From a virus (Duplodnaviria; Caudoviricetes): a stretch of DNA of 64,000 nucleotides. The notes below the pieces were generated by a model. That model was not told where the DNA came from. It made no database searches and saw only the letters and a program-made list of their open reading frames with translations. Within the stretch, counting starts at the first letter, position 1; each line of letters opens with the position of its first letter. The stretch lies in the IMG/VR virus record IMGVR_UViG_3300031998_000011, positions 115,397-179,396 of that record, one strand, 5' to 3'. Positions 18,025 to 27,200 of this stretch are shown one piece after another. Both the position numbers and the translations under genes were made by a program.

Positions 18025-18717
18025 ATGAATATCCAAACTGTTCATTCCAGTATGGTCAAGCGGGCGGGCGCCAAGGGCGAACTCGCCAGCAATCTCGCCC
18101 AGGCCGGTCTGGCTCAGATCCCGACCGTTGTTACCCAGATTCCTGGCGTCATCAATGGCGCCGGCAGCATCGTCGGTGCTTTCTCCAGCCCGGCTACCGA
18201 GGCTGAAGAATCCAAGTGGGACGATGGCGACAGCGAAGTGGCTGGTCTCCTTCCTGGTGTCGCCGGCTACCGCATGGCGCGTCGTCGCAAACGCCAGCTC
18301 AAGGCCGATGAAGGCGGCACTCCGCACTATTGGTCACAGGCCTTTGGCCCGCTGTCCGCTCTTCTGATTGCGTCTGGTCTCGGTGCTCTCGGCGGTGGTG
18401 TCGTCGGCGGTGCCACCAACGGATTCAAGAATGACACAAATGCTCTCATCGGCGCTGGTATCGGTGCTGGTGTCGGTGCCGGCGGTGCTGCTCTCTCCGA
18501 GCTTGGTGCTCTGATTGCGGCTGCCATCAAGCGTCGTCGCTCCAAGGAAGAGCAGAAAGCCTATGCGAACTCTAGTACCGCTTCCGAGTGGCTGGTTCCC
18601 GGCGTTGCCACGTACAATGCGTGGAAGACGATGGGTCGTGTGATCGGTGACTCCGAGGAACGCGAAGCCGCCAAGGCGAAAGAACAGGCTCCGGCTGGCG
18701 CACTTGCGACTGCGTAA
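18025..18717 (+). CDS. Glycine-zipper hairpin protein, paralog A
   Basis: MNIQTVHSSMVKRA; TPHYWSQ...KEEQKAYANS...EWLVPG. Confidence 0.75.
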   Translation: MNIQTVHSSMVKRAGAKGELASNLAQAGLAQIPTVVTQIPGVINGAGSIVGAFSSPATEAEESKWDDGDSEVAGLLPGVAGYRMARRRKRQLKADEGGTPHYWSQAFGPLSALLIASGLGALGGGVVGGATNGFKNDTNALIGAGIGAGVGAGGAALSELGALIAAAIKRRRSKEEQKAYANSSTASEWLVPGVATYNAWKTMGRVIGDSEEREAAKAKEQAPAGALATA

Positions 18718-18726
18718 GGTGTCCCG

Positions 18727-19452
18727 ATGCCAGATACCACAGGCACATTTAATAATCTGCTGAGAGCCAAGCAGAAGTTCATTTCGAACGTTCTCGACAC
18801 CGAGAAACCTGCGAAGATCTACCGTTTGGACGACTATAAGCAGATCAGGACTGCGCTGTTTGATAACGTGAAGAACGCTGTCAAGCAGCGCTTCCCCCTG
18901 TACAATGACCGGGTAACTCTGGCAATCGAAGATGTTGATTACGATGATCCAGACGAGATCGACATCCCGAAGCAGAAGCAGTGCATCCTGGAGGGTAAAT
19001 CCTGTGACCGCAGGTTGCGCGGTCGCTGGGTCCTCCGGGATGCAGCTACTGACAAGGTGCTCAGCCAGACCAAGCGTATGACTCTGATGCGCGTGCCTTA
19101 CATGACTGACCGTGGGACTTTCATTCGCAACGGTCATGAGTACGCTTTCACGAACATTATGCGTCTGGAACCTGGTGTATACACAAAGAAGCGCGATGAC
19201 GAAGTGTCTGCACAGTTCAATATTCAGAAGGGAACGGGTGCTGGCTTCAATATGTTCCTTACACCGGAGACAGGCATCTTCAAGATCAAACGAGGAACCA
19301 CCAGTTGTCCTGCTTACACAGTATTCAAGGACCTCGGTGTGACTGACGATCAGATGCAACAGGCCTGGGGTCAGGAGCTGTTCGAGAAGAACAAACGAGC
19401 AGGCACAGACGAGAAAGCTCGTCAGGCTGCTAACAAGATATACAACATGTGA
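18727..19452 (+). CDS. rpoB: RNA polymerase beta subunit, N-terminal fragment
   Basis: VPYMTDRGTFIRNGHEY...MRLEPGVY matches beta region B (IPLMTDNGTFVINGTER...HRSPGVF). Confidence 0.85.
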   Translation: MPDTTGTFNNLLRAKQKFISNVLDTEKPAKIYRLDDYKQIRTALFDNVKNAVKQRFPLYNDRVTLAIEDVDYDDPDEIDIPKQKQCILEGKSCDRRLRGRWVLRDAATDKVLSQTKRMTLMRVPYMTDRGTFIRNGHEYAFTNIMRLEPGVYTKKRDDEVSAQFNIQKGTGAGFNMFLTPETGIFKIKRGTTSCPAYTVFKDLGVTDDQMQQAWGQELFEKNKRAGTDEKARQAANKIYNM

Positions 19453-19460
19453 GGAACAAC

Positions 19461-21032
19461 ATGCAGACATATTCAGATTTCCAGAAGAAGGCCGAGCTTG
19501 GCGGTGCCGGCGAATACTTCCAGCGCCGTGAAGAGGAACTGGCCAAGTCAGAGATGGAGGGATACCGTGATGGTACCGCCGTGAAGTATCCGGGCAGCTG
19601 GACACAGACTCCTGGTACAGACTACTGGAATTTGGATGAGTCGAAGGTTCCGTCTGGGTATCATCAGGCATTCTGGCAGAAGATGGACAGCATCAACCGG
19701 AAATACAATGGAAACCTGTACAGGTCCTACAGACAGAAAGAGAATGATCCGACCGGGCAGGGTGTGACTACTGGGTCTATGGGTTACAAGATGCTTGCAC
19801 AGGAGCCGGAACCAATTATGCTCCCACCGCTGACAGTCACGGCTCATGATTACACGGCTGAGATGAACAAGGACTGGGACGAGCACATGAACCGGATTAA
19901 GAACTCCGGTCCTATGGACAATATTCCATCCACACAAGACTACATGACAAGTCGCTGGGGCAAGGATTGGATGACCAATCCATATCCGCAGCAACAGTCT
20001 GGAACCACGCAGGGACCCACTGTTCCGATGGTAAAGAACCAGTCGTACAAGGAGTTCTGTAAGAAGGCTCTGTTTGAGGATACGATTGGTCCCACTGACA
20101 GTATACTCAGTCTTCATACTGACAGCATCTTTGATGCGCCACGGCACACCGACAGCATCCTGGAACCGAAACTTGATACTACACTTAATCTTGGTAATGC
20201 ATGTCGTCCTGGCGGTTGTACAACAGCGCCAGATACTGGTTGGGTCAGTCGTAACCCAGAACTGGCTGCCGGTATTGGTACGCTCCTTCTCGGTGGCGGC
20301 GGTGTTCTTCTTTACAAACTCATGCAGGATGCAAAGAAGCAGAAACAAAAGCCGCTGGCCAAGTCTGGATCCGCTCGCAGTGATTTCTGGTACAGTGCGC
20401 TTGGTGCGCCGTTTTATGGAGCGGCATCAGGCGCTGCTGCGGCTGCATCTCTGGAACGTGAGAAAAAAGACATGGAGGAAGCCTTCAAGGGCACAGGGAA
20501 GAAACCTGGAAGTATGGCGGATCCCGCGACGGAAATCGAAGAGGAAGTCTGGGATCGTCATCCGGAATCGGCTCTTATTCCAGGTATCGGTGTGAACCGC
20601 ACGGATCGTCGCATTAAGCGTCAGCTCCTGAATGATAAAGGCAAGACCCCGCATTTCTGGTCGCAGCGCATTGGCAATCTTGCGCCACTCCTGATTCTTG
20701 CTGGTCTGGCTGGTGTTGGTGGTTATATGTATGCTGACAAGAAAGATTTGCGCATGGCGAATGGTAATAGTGCCAAAGGTATTGCAGCCGCTGCCGGCGC
20801 AGGTGCTGGATTCCTTGGTGGTGCGCTCAGTCTCGAAGCTGGTGGCGGTCTTGCCGCGTTGCTGACGCCGACTCGTACAAAGGAACAACAGAAGGCATAC
20901 GCCAATAGCCCAACTACCAAGGAATGGCTTATTCCTGGTCTCAGTTCCTATAATGAATATAAGACCTATGGCCGCATGTTCGCTGATAGTGACGAACGTG
21001 CAGCCAAACGCCGAAAGGAAGGCAAGGCATGA
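19461..21032 (+). CDS. Multi-module virion protein; C-terminal module paralogous to 18025-18717
   Basis: YSDFQKKA, internal YKEFCKKA; TPHFWSQ...KEQQKAYANS...EWLIPG. Confidence 0.75.
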   Translation: MQTYSDFQKKAELGGAGEYFQRREEELAKSEMEGYRDGTAVKYPGSWTQTPGTDYWNLDESKVPSGYHQAFWQKMDSINRKYNGNLYRSYRQKENDPTGQGVTTGSMGYKMLAQEPEPIMLPPLTVTAHDYTAEMNKDWDEHMNRIKNSGPMDNIPSTQDYMTSRWGKDWMTNPYPQQQSGTTQGPTVPMVKNQSYKEFCKKALFEDTIGPTDSILSLHTDSIFDAPRHTDSILEPKLDTTLNLGNACRPGGCTTAPDTGWVSRNPELAAGIGTLLLGGGGVLLYKLMQDAKKQKQKPLAKSGSARSDFWYSALGAPFYGAASGAAAAASLEREKKDMEEAFKGTGKKPGSMADPATEIEEEVWDRHPESALIPGIGVNRTDRRIKRQLLNDKGKTPHFWSQRIGNLAPLLILAGLAGVGGYMYADKKDLRMANGNSAKGIAAAAGAGAGFLGGALSLEAGGGLAALLTPTRTKEQQKAYANSPTTKEWLIPGLSSYNEYKTYGRMFADSDERAAKRRKEGKA

Positions 21033-22207
21033 AATACAGAGATATGAGGAACAACCTCATCAAGCAGGCTGCTATACAGCCTGCAGCGTATGGAGCAACA
21101 TCTCCCAATGCACCAAGATCGCAGCAGATGCTGGCCGCTCAGACTTATCCAAATGCACCAGTTGCGAGGCAGCAGACTGTGAGACCGATCAATTTCCAGC
21201 CGGCACAGGATTACTGGAAATGGCGCTCAATGCATGATCAGGGAACTGCAAATGCGCAGGGCAACTTCGGTGTCCAGCGCCAGAAAGCCGAGCGTGAATG
21301 GGAGCGCCAGAAAACCAACAATGATATGGCCCAGCAGATGGCGCAGTGGGATACCGGCTACAAGGCATCCCCCGGAAAGCAGGAGTATGACCAACAACAG
21401 GCGCAAGGACTCGACGACAGCTGGACCAGACAAATCCGTAGCGACATCGACAGTTGGTATCAGAATCCGAATATGAACGGCTTCGATATGTCCGATGCTG
21501 ATCTGATGGCAGCTGACCAGTACGGCTACAAAACATATGGCAATCGCTGGGTCCCGTTCCATCGTGAGCTCTATAACCGCAATGAGCAGATGCGCTCTGC
21601 TGAACAGGCCAACATGGCTGAATGGCACAAGGCGCTGAGCTCTTTCGTTCAGCAAAACAAAGGGCAGCAGCCCACGGCTGAACAGCGTGCGCAGCTCATG
21701 GCTGAGTTCAACAAAATCCACGGCAATCAGGCGGCCGAACGTGCTGTTGTGTATGCCAATGTCATGGCTACCCGCGATAAGATGCGTGACAGGACCACGA
21801 TGGGCGATTTGCAGGCTGGCAAGTTCCCGGTCAGTAAACCGGAAACGACATCACCGGAGACTACGACTACCACGGCGCCTGTGACAACAGGTGCGACAGG
21901 AGACGAGAGCACTGGAACACAGGGCGGTGCAGGTGGCAGCCAGAATCCGGGTGATCCAGCGTGGTACAGCGGACTGTACAACTGGATGCAGCAAAATCCG
22001 AATATGAGTGCAGGCATGGGTGCGCTCCTTTCCGGTGCCCTCATGTATGGCCTTGGTGCAGGAAACGGCAGACGCCGTAACCACGCACTTGGTCTGATCC
22101 TGGCTCTGCTCGGTGGCGGTGCTACCTGGTACGGTATGCAGAATTGGCTGTCCCCACAAGTCGCACAGACAGATAACTCTGCTGCAGCTGGTCAGACGAC
22201 CACATGA
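21029..22207 (+). CDS. Gln-rich protein with C-terminal Gly-rich membrane hairpin
   Basis: LIKQAA near N-terminus; Thr-rich linker; GALLSGALMYGLG-RRRN-ALGLILALLGGG. Confidence 0.75.
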   Translation: MKYRDMRNNLIKQAAIQPAAYGATSPNAPRSQQMLAAQTYPNAPVARQQTVRPINFQPAQDYWKWRSMHDQGTANAQGNFGVQRQKAEREWERQKTNNDMAQQMAQWDTGYKASPGKQEYDQQQAQGLDDSWTRQIRSDIDSWYQNPNMNGFDMSDADLMAADQYGYKTYGNRWVPFHRELYNRNEQMRSAEQANMAEWHKALSSFVQQNKGQQPTAEQRAQLMAEFNKIHGNQAAERAVVYANVMATRDKMRDRTTMGDLQAGKFPVSKPETTSPETTTTTAPVTTGATGDESTGTQGGAGGSQNPGDPAWYSGLYNWMQQNPNMSAGMGALLSGALMYGLGAGNGRRRNHALGLILALLGGGATWYGMQNWLSPQVAQTDNSAAAGQTTT

Positions 22208-22303
22208 CGCAACCACTAATGTAACGACAAGTAACCCTTTCCTATAAAACCAACAAAGCTATTCCAATAGCAACCAAACATACAACACAGAGGAGTCCAT
22301 ATC

Positions 22304-23050
22304 ATGGCTACCACTTACGCAGAAGCAGTGAAACGCGCCCGCATGGCGTACAGCTTCAACAAGAACGCGGCTGAAAAGTACGACGATTCCAAGCATCCTG
22401 CTCAGACCCCCGCTGAGATCGAAGCGGCTCAGCAGAAGAACCTCGAAGAAGGTCAGGCCGAGTCCAATCGCATCAAAGCGAAGCGCGACTATGACGCCGC
22501 TCAGCAGAAGAACCTCGAAGCAGGTATCGCCCGAAGCAATGAAATCAAGAGCATGAACGACATCACAAAAGCTCAGAACGCCAATCTGGAAGCTGGTCAG
22601 GCGCTGTCTCAGTTCCTTGCGAGTGCCAAGGCGTACGGCGCGAATGGCGGCATGCCTATGGAAGTCGCTGAACAGATCCTTCTGATGAACGGCACCGGTG
22701 CACTTCCGGATGATGCCAAATCGCTCGTTCCAATGGCGCAGAGCCTTGTGGCTTCCAAATACACAGATCAGAAGAACGGCATTGTGAACCGTGCCCAGGG
22801 CGAACAGGCTGTCCGTGACATCGCTCAGCAGAAGGCCAATCGCAATCTCGGTATCAGTGCCGGTGCTGGCCTCCTCGGTGGCGCTGCTGTTGGCGCCGGT
22901 ACCTACGGTCTCGCTGGTCTGTTCCCGTCTCTCAAGAAGCGTCGTCTTCTCCGTGCTCTCGTGGCTCTCGGCGTCGGCGCCGGTGCCGGTGCTGGAATCG
23001 GATACGGCGTGAATCGCGGTCTGAACAGCGGCAAGATCAACATTGGCTGA
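22304..23050 (+). CDS. Putative abundant virion protein with three 24-aa repeats and a Gly-zipper hairpin
   Basis: AAQQKNLEEG / AAQQKNLEAG / KAQNANLEAG at 72-nt period (22424, 22496, 22568); own promoter-like site and downstream hairpin. Confidence 0.8.
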   Translation: MATTYAEAVKRARMAYSFNKNAAEKYDDSKHPAQTPAEIEAAQQKNLEEGQAESNRIKAKRDYDAAQQKNLEAGIARSNEIKSMNDITKAQNANLEAGQALSQFLASAKAYGANGGMPMEVAEQILLMNGTGALPDDAKSLVPMAQSLVASKYTDQKNGIVNRAQGEQAVRDIAQQKANRNLGISAGAGLLGGAAVGAGTYGLAGLFPSLKKRRLLRALVALGVGAGAGAGIGYGVNRGLNSGKINIG

Positions 23051-23062
23051 ACATGACATTGC

Positions 23063-23103
23063 ACAGGGAGTGCGCCTGCAAGGGACGCTCCCTGTCTTCG
23101 TTC
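23063..23103 (+). terminator. Stem-loop (weak terminator or mRNA stabiliser)
   Basis: ACAGGGAG...GCAA loop...CTCCCTGT, poor U tract. Confidence 0.55.
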
Positions 23104-23119
23104 AATAAGGAGAACGCAC

Positions 23120-23842
23120 ATGAACAACATTGATTTCATGGTGAAGGTCGCCACAAAAGACCGCTCTATCGACGTGCTCCGCAGCATGATGGCTCTGCAG
23201 AAGAAAGCTGCTTTCGTTCCAAACGGAAACCCGACGCAGGCCCCAAACCAGCAGAACCAGGAAGCTGTTGACTATGGTGCGATTGCGCAGCAGATCATCA
23301 ACGGTACAGCGGGTACGCAGCCCGCGCAGACTTCCAGTAAGCCTGCGAAAGCCGGAACAAATGGAAACTCGCGTTTCAGTTTCAATCTGACTCCTGGCGC
23401 GGAATCCACCCTTCGTGGTATACTTGCCATGGGCGGTGCGGCTGGCGGTAGTACTGCTGGTTTCCGTGGCGGCGGCTGGCTCGGCGGCAGAGTTGGTCAG
23501 GGCATTGGCAGAGGTATCGGATACCTGCGTGGTTCTATCGCAAACAGAAATCTTCTGAATCCTGGCAGATTCCTGACTGGTCATCCTGAGCGTGCTCTCG
23601 CAATACCAGGTGGTTATGCGACCAGTTCCAATCTTGCGACAACGGGTAATATGGCACGTACTATCGGTAATGCGGGTCGTTCCGCTATTACAAGCCGGAT
23701 CGGTGCTGTTGGTCGTAACATCGGCACAAATATCGGTCGTGGTATCGGTGCCGTTGGTGGCGGTATCGGTGGTATGGCGCTTGGAACGCTGGCTGGCGAC
23801 GCTCTGTTCGGTGCCACGCATACTGACAAGGGCCGTGCATAA
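23120..23842 (+). CDS. Glycine-zipper protein
   Basis: GxxxG runs (GGRVGQGIGRGIG; GRNIGTNIGRGIGAVGGGIGG); LQKKAA; ends DKGRA. Confidence 0.75.
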   Translation: MNNIDFMVKVATKDRSIDVLRSMMALQKKAAFVPNGNPTQAPNQQNQEAVDYGAIAQQIINGTAGTQPAQTSSKPAKAGTNGNSRFSFNLTPGAESTLRGILAMGGAAGGSTAGFRGGGWLGGRVGQGIGRGIGYLRGSIANRNLLNPGRFLTGHPERALAIPGGYATSSNLATTGNMARTIGNAGRSAITSRIGAVGRNIGTNIGRGIGAVGGGIGGMALGTLAGDALFGATHTDKGRA

Positions 23843-23853
23843 GGAGCCGAACT

Positions 23854-24192
23854 ATGGCATACATGACATACAGAGAGTTCCTGCAGAAGCAGGCCGCCAC
23901 CAAGGTTGATACAGGCGACGAGGTTATTTCCATGGACGAGCTGCAGGCTCGTATCCAGGCTGACCACGAAGCTCGTAAACTTGGTGTTGGCGGTGCTTTT
24001 GTCAGATCACTTCCGATCTCGCTGCTGATTGCCGGTATCTCCGGACTGGCAATCGGATTGAAATCTGGAAGTCCTGCTGCCGGTATTGCCACAGGTCTTA
24101 TCACTGGCGGTGTTACGGCTGGTATGAACACAGCCCTCAACGCAAATGCAACTCCAGAGGAAGCTGGGACTTCGTTCTACGCTGCAATCTGA
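23854..24192 (+). CDS. Small membrane-hairpin protein
   Basis: MAYMTYREFLQKQAA; two hydrophobic Gly-rich segments. Confidence 0.75.
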   Translation: MAYMTYREFLQKQAATKVDTGDEVISMDELQARIQADHEARKLGVGGAFVRSLPISLLIAGISGLAIGLKSGSPAAGIATGLITGGVTAGMNTALNANATPEEAGTSFYAAI

Positions 24193-24193
24193 G

Positions 24194-24216
24194 ATTTTCA
24201 ACTTCAAGTTGAAAAT
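24194..24216. repeat. Dispersed 23-bp palindrome, perfect copy (intergenic)
   Basis: ATTTTCAACTT-C-AAGTTGAAAAT. Confidence 0.9.
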
Positions 24217-24219
24217 TAC

Positions 24220-24250
24220 GAGGACTCCACAACGGGGTCCTCTTTCTTTT
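24220..24250 (+). terminator. Intrinsic terminator
   Basis: GAGGACTCC-ACAAC-GGGGTCCTC followed by TTTCTTTT. Confidence 0.85.
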
Positions 24251-24293
24251 ATAGTAGAGTGATACGCGCAAGATACATAAGAGGAGACCAATT

Positions 24294-27200
24294 ATGCCCG
24301 AAGCACCTGTTTCACCGATACAAGCTGCCGGTACTGCGATGACCAATATCCGGCTCACACCGGATAAACCGACCAAGACTGCAGCTGACTGGGTACGCGA
24401 TATGCGCATGTCGCCCAGTGTGAACAAGACCACGACAGGTGTGGAGACTGCTTCTGTCACAGGCGATTTGATGCTGGCTACCTCGAAGAAGCTCCTCGGT
24501 ATATCCAGAGGTGAACGGGAGCCAGATCCGAAAGACTCTCTGGAGTTCCAGCGGTTCTACGGCCCAGCCGAATATTTTGCAGAGCATGTGCTCCGTGATG
24601 GTAACAAGCTGGGGCGCAATATCCTGTGGAAAGCAACAAACGTTGGCAACCTTGATTTCATGCCGGTGAATGCGCTGGATAAGCACATCAGCGACGTTTA
24701 CTACGACAGCAAGCTCGCCCAGATGATAGACGGTTCTTCTCCGCTGGAAACAGTGGATGCATCCTACAAGACCACCCGTATCGGTGAAGGCGGCGTCGGA
24801 GACCTCGATTCAGCTCCTGACGAGATGCGCACGGTGCAGCCGTCCTTTCTTGGTTTTGTAGATCCGGTCCGGTCGCCTGAAAGTTTTCGCGTCGGGTTGG
24901 ATGTCTATATGACTAAGAATGTTATGAAGGGATCCGACGGGAAATTGTATCAGAAATTCATCAATGCGCACACTGGCAAGGAAGAGCTGGTCGATTCCGA
25001 GACCATTGCCAAGTCCGTAGTGACGACGCCTGAGATGATGAACTCCAAGACCAAGTCGGTGTTCGCTATGGGAGGCCCGACTGGTGTTCGCATCGTACCG
25101 CGCAAGGACGTGGACTATTACCTGCCCAGAGCTGATGAAGCCTACAGCATGTCCTCCAACATGGTGACAATGCCGTCTGCAGTCATCGGCATGCGACTCC
25201 TGATGGGTTGCCTGCACCCGGATACAAATGTGCTGATTGCAGACGACCACAATATGATTCACATGATGCCGGCCAAGTATCTGAACGCGCACAAGCAGCG
25301 CATCCCAGGCATGACCAGCGAGTTCAAGACCGCCTGCTACGATATGCAGAACACAGTCGCCAAGCTGACACAGAAGCCGCGCTGGTTCAAGAAAATTGTC
25401 ACGAAATCCGGCCGAGTCCTCGTCACCAGTTACGACCATCGCTGGCCTGTTCTCATCAACGGTAAGATGACACTGGTCCAAGCGCGTGACCTGAAGCCGG
25501 GCGATACGATTCTGCGTTCTGCGTTCCGCGATGTTCCGAACCGACGCACGTTCCTGAACAAGCATCTTATCACGAAGGACGTCGCTTTCTTCCTGGGGCT
25601 TCTCTGCAGATCCGCCAAGAGCAACAAGCGCGGGTCTGTCACGTTCCGTTACAAGTGTGGTGCTGATGTCAGAATCCGTGATGCCATTCATTATGTCTGG
25701 GGTGACTGCAAGCCGGTGATCCGACAGTACAAGAAGGATGGGTTCTACTGCATGACTGTCCGTTGTGAAGCCATATGGCAGTATGTCGAAGACCACATCG
25801 GTTTCACCGACAGCACCCGCGATATCCCGACTGAGATTCTCAGCACATATGCCGAGATCGTTGCTGAGTTCCTGAATGGATATACCTGTGATGATACCAT
25901 GATGGGCACTGACAGCAACGAGGATATTTGGATTCTGTTCATTCCGAACATGAAGGTTCGCGATGAATTGTCCTTCCTGTTCGCCCGTATCGGTACTGAC
26001 ACGTTGTACCGCGATGCTCCTGGTGCAGATCCCAATCATGTCGAGATTGCGCTGAAGATCAGTGATACCTCCAGGCTCTGGAATGACATGTACAAAGACA
26101 CCATCAAGTACGTCTGGGAAGGTCCGCGCTGTCCTATCATGGTTGATATTGACATAAACGACAACATGTATGCAGTCGCCAACGGCATCGTGACGCACAA
26201 TTCCAAGTACCCGCTGCAGGCTATCTCACTGGACAATCGTGAGGCTCCTCTGGTCCGTACACTGGACGAAGCATCCGGAAAAGACATGTCTTCACTGGTC
26301 GGCAAGTTCCTGGGAGCCAGGTTTGCACCACAGGGTGGTGTTGTCACGGCTGTCCGTAAGGACCGCATCGACGTGATTTGGGACGACGGCAGTAAGGGTG
26401 CTGTTCCTCTGTATGTGAACTTCCCGATGAACGCCAAGGGTTTCATCAACAATACACCGGTCATCAAGGCCGGCATGCCTTTCAAGAAGGGACAGATTCT
26501 TGCCAGCTCCAACTACACGGACAAGGACGGCACGGCGGCTCTTGGTATCAACTTGAAGTCCGGTTGGATCAGCTGGAAGGGTGGCACTTACGAAGACGCT
26601 GTTGTCATTAGCGAGGAAGCCGCCAAGAAGTTGACCAGCACGACCATGTACAACACATCGGTCGATCTGGATAAGACCATCAGTCTGGGCAAGAAGAACT
26701 ACATCACCTGGAAACCTGCCGAGTACACAAAGGAGCAGATGGAACAGCTGGACGACAACGGCGTTGTCCGTCCAGGCACTGTGCTACATAAGGGCGACCC
26801 GATGATTCTGGCCGTCCGTACCAGCGAGCCAAGTCCAGGTACGATGGGTAAGCGCATCCTGACAGACCTGTCCGAGACGTGGGATCATGACCATGAAGGA
26901 ATCGTGACAGATGTGGTCAGAACACGCAAGGGTGTCAAGGTTTTCACGACAGTGACCGCGCCGGCAGAAATCGGTGATAAGATCGCCGGTCTGCACGGCA
27001 ACAAAGGCACGATTGCCCAGATTCTGCCGAAAGAACAGATGCCGCAGACCAAGCAGGGTACACCGCTTGATATCTGTTTCAGTCCTCTTGGAGTCACGAG
27101 CCGCAACAACACGGCGCAGCTTTATGAGGCGCTGCTTGGCAAGGTAGCAAAGAAGACCGGCCAGATACAGATCATGCCGGCGTTCTTCGAAGGCGACCTG

